Source of the DNA: an uncultured Candidatus Saccharibacteria bacterium
GTDB taxonomy: Bacteria; Patescibacteriota; Saccharimonadia; Saccharimonadales; CAZDBS01
Direction of reading: 5' to 3'
Assembly (NCBI GenBank): GCA_964503775.1
Contig: CAZDBS010000001.1
Location: 9,621-73,620, forward strand
Length of the DNA stretch: 64,000 nucleotides
The notes under the pieces were generated by a model. It worked only from the letters and a program-made list of their open reading frames with translations. It was not told where the DNA came from and did not search any database. A program made the translations under genes and the position numbers. Of the stretch, positions 61,971-64,000 are shown piece after piece (the stretch's first letter is position 1; the number at the start of each line of letters is the position of its first letter).

Positions 61971-63218
61971 TCAGCGTTCGTATGTCTTGGCAGCACTGGT
62001 AAAGCCAGAGACCTGGGCGCCAGTTTTACCGACAAAAGTTTCGACTTTTAGCTTCTCGCCATCTAACACTTGTAGTAGTATCACTCCCCTCACTTGCTGC
62101 GGACCCTGTTGTGCCGTCCTCTGCCCATCAGGTCCAACCCCGGCTGGAGCTTGAACTAGTTCATATTTGATAACACCGTCGGTTTTGGTAACTTTCGCTG
62201 GGTCTGGAGTGTTTCCCACAACGGCAAAGGCCTCCGGCTGCCCATTCGTAAACTCGCCGACAGAGACAATTATCATGGTGGGATCGTAAGCATCGGGGAA
62301 TATGGCTAAATGACCACTCCAGTAGCCTCTACCACCAGAACCTACACCATATGTGCCGCTTTTCGACCCTGCGTACCCATAAGTTCCCTCGAGGAACCAG
62401 TTGCCGATTAGCTTACCGGGCTGGTCATAGTCAATCTTGCCACTCCGTGGCTCTGCCTTACGTGCGTTTTTGGCCAGCATCTGACTAAGTAGCGGCTCTC
62501 TGAAATAGCTGAAAAAATCGTCGGTATGAATTTTCCATGGCTCGGCTTTGTACAAAGATGGGGTGATGAATCCAGGTAGAGTCAGGTCCATATTATAGAC
62601 GGCTGTATCTAGCGATTGGGCACCGATTCTACCTACCTCTTGTCCGGCTTTGACCGCTATGCGCTTGTTAGTCCCTTTAGTCGCCGCATCCGGTGCCTCT
62701 TTGAGTATGCTTTGATCAAGCTTTGTTACTAGATCAAAATAGCTAACTGTCTGGCACGAATGTTGGATCTCGAATCGGTACTCGGGAGGGCGTTGCTCCC
62801 CGGAGCTAACATTGACGCCCCGTACGCTAATCCCGATGATCGTTCCGTCTGCCATCGCGTAGACCGGATATTTGTCACGAGGTCCCTCTTTAGGATAAAA
62901 ATACAGGTGATCAATCGGCGTGACATGCGCTCCTGCTACTAGTCCATATGGTGTCACCGTCGCCACATCGTCGATATTCATCGGTAGATGTGTCATCATG
63001 ACTTTATCCTTACCGGAGCACCCTTTCTTCCACTCATTATCCCGATCATTATCCGAGTCAGCACTTTCCTCGCCTATACTGATAGGTCCTAATTTAAGCC
63101 CACTGTTTTTCCTAGCGACACGAGTACCGATGACCCCGATGAGCGCTACAACCACAACTACGCACAGTACTAACCAAATATGAGCAAAGCCTGAGTGTAA
63201 GACTTTGTTACGTTTCAT
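61971..63218 (-). CDS. Secreted hypothetical protein, paralog of 5537-6745
   Basis: N-terminal module LHSGFAHIWLVLCVVVVVALIGVIGTRV. Shared blocks are listed under 5537-6745. Confidence 0.5.
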   Translation of the reverse strand: MKRNKVLHSGFAHIWLVLCVVVVVALIGVIGTRVARKNSGLKLGPISIGEESADSDNDRDNEWKKGCSGKDKVMMTHLPMNIDDVATVTPYGLVAGAHVTPIDHLYFYPKEGPRDKYPVYAMADGTIIGISVRGVNVSSGEQRPPEYRFEIQHSCQTVSYFDLVTKLDQSILKEAPDAATKGTNKRIAVKAGQEVGRIGAQSLDTAVYNMDLTLPGFITPSLYKAEPWKIHTDDFFSYFREPLLSQMLAKNARKAEPRSGKIDYDQPGKLIGNWFLEGTYGYAGSKSGTYGVGSGGRGYWSGHLAIFPDAYDPTMIIVSVGEFTNGQPEAFAVVGNTPDPAKVTKTDGVIKYELVQAPAGVGPDGQRTAQQGPQQVRGVILLQVLDGEKLKVETFVGKTGAQVSGFTSAAKTYER

Positions 63219-63262
63219 GGCCTCATTCTAGCATAAGCGATTCTGGGGCTCGTAATCGATGC

Positions 63263-64000
63263 CTAGTCAGTCAAGTGACGCTCTAGATTACTTATCGGGT
63301 CATACCAACCTCTATCTAACACATAGGTTTGAAGTTTTTTGTCTAGTCCGAGGATGACCATGACACCAACGATTACAAATAGCAGACCTAACACTCGCTT
63401 GAACCAGCCCTCAGGGTTACTCAGCCAACGGAGTTTGGCTACAAAAGCTTGCCCCACATACGCCACCAACAACAACGTAACGCTCATCCCTACCGCATAT
63501 GCCGTGAGATAGATTACACCTTTGGCAAATGACACCGGTAGTACTGTGGCGACAATCAAAGCATATGTCGGACTACAGCTACTGAAAACCGGACCCAGTG
63601 CCGCACCGATGAGGATAGGCGTCGCGAGACCTTGATGCTGGTAAGCTTTCCCTAGAACGACATTGGTTTGCGTAAATAGCCCGGTTCTGGCCGACAGCTT
63701 CTCCCATCCGTGCGGCCATAGATAATAAACTCCAAATAATGCCACAATGCCGCCCGACGCGACCTGCCAGACCATCTGCGGTACTCCCAGCAGCGCCGTC
63801 GTAGCTTTGATAAGTAGCGTGAACAATATGATCGATATTGCCAAGCTCAGGGCTATAACCAAGGGCCGTAACCAGCGCCTAGTAGGTTTATCCTTGGAGG
63901 ACTCCAGCAGTGAACTACCTATGATAACTGGCAGTAGAGGCAAGACACATGGTGCTGCTACCGTGAGTACTCCCGCTATAAACGAAAGTATCAGCAGTGC
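63263..64000 (-). CDS. ccdA: CcdA/DsbD-family thiol-disulfide transporter, N-terminus beyond window edge
   Basis: The reading frame stays open to position 64000 (ALLILSFIAGVLTVAAPCVLPLLPVIIG...). The APCVLPLLP motif and a 6-TM layout are present. The TTG start in the track is probably internal. Confidence 0.7.
   Translation of the reverse strand, partial: ALLILSFIAGVLTVAAPCVLPLLPVIIGSSLLESSKDKPTRRWLRPLVIALSLAISIILFTLLIKATTALLGVPQMVWQVASGGIVALFGVYYLWPHGWEKLSARTGLFTQTNVVLGKAYQHQGLATPILIGAALGPVFSSCSPTYALIVATVLPVSFAKGVIYLTAYAVGMSVTLLLVAYVGQAFVAKLRWLSNPEGWFKRVLGLLFVIVGVMVILGLDKKLQTYVLDRGWYDPISNLERHLTD

Noticed and set aside
1-64000. I looked for CRISPR arrays, rRNA genes, transposases, integrases, phage structural genes, toxin-antitoxin pairs and known defence-system genes.
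   Set aside because: None was recognisable in any frame. The only mobile-element-like signals are the tRNA-fragment repeats, which lack an associated recombinase in this window.

Overview
This 64-kb window is compact, gene-dense bacterial chromosome with no rRNA, CRISPR array, transposase or integrase ORF. The gene content suggests a monoderm, reduced-genome lineage, probably Patescibacteria/CPR and Saccharibacteria-like; this is inference from gene content, since no marker search was possible.

Recognisable core blocks:
- recA-recX, tsaE-tsaB and rny-ymdB.
- A type IV pilus operon without a secretin: pilB, pilC, major pilin, three minor pilins, pilM, pilN, pilO.
- yebC-ruvC-ruvA-ruvB and comEC.
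- hrcA-grpE-dnaK-dnaJ with three CIRCE operators.
- bcp, lepA, murJ and tilS-ftsH.
- Eight tRNA genes, all encoding their own CCA end.

Accessory or unusual content, in window order:
1. A cell-surface locus at the left edge. It holds a processive GT2 synthase, a sortase and a 60-aa protein that is essentially only an LPNTG sorting signal. Divergent from these is a dockerin-bearing CE4 deacetylase next to a membrane-anchored cohesin protein.
2. A ~60-nt conserved sequence inserted in the T-loop of degenerate 3'-half copies of tRNA-His, tRNA-Lys and tRNA-fMet. Each copy lies just downstream of the intact cognate tRNA.
3. A heliorhodopsin gene beside the tRNA-Lys scar region.
4. An operon of three tandem RimK-type ATP-grasp ligases, one fused to a retropepsin-like (RimB-type) domain.
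5. A WhiB-like protein and a flavoprotein disulfide reductase homolog that lacks the redox cysteines.
6. A set of secreted proteins sharing an N-terminal G-F-[AGS]-H-[IV] ... [WT]-R-V module that resembles a prepilin signal without Glu5.

All calls rest on reading the supplied translations and the DNA by eye. No database search or computation was run.
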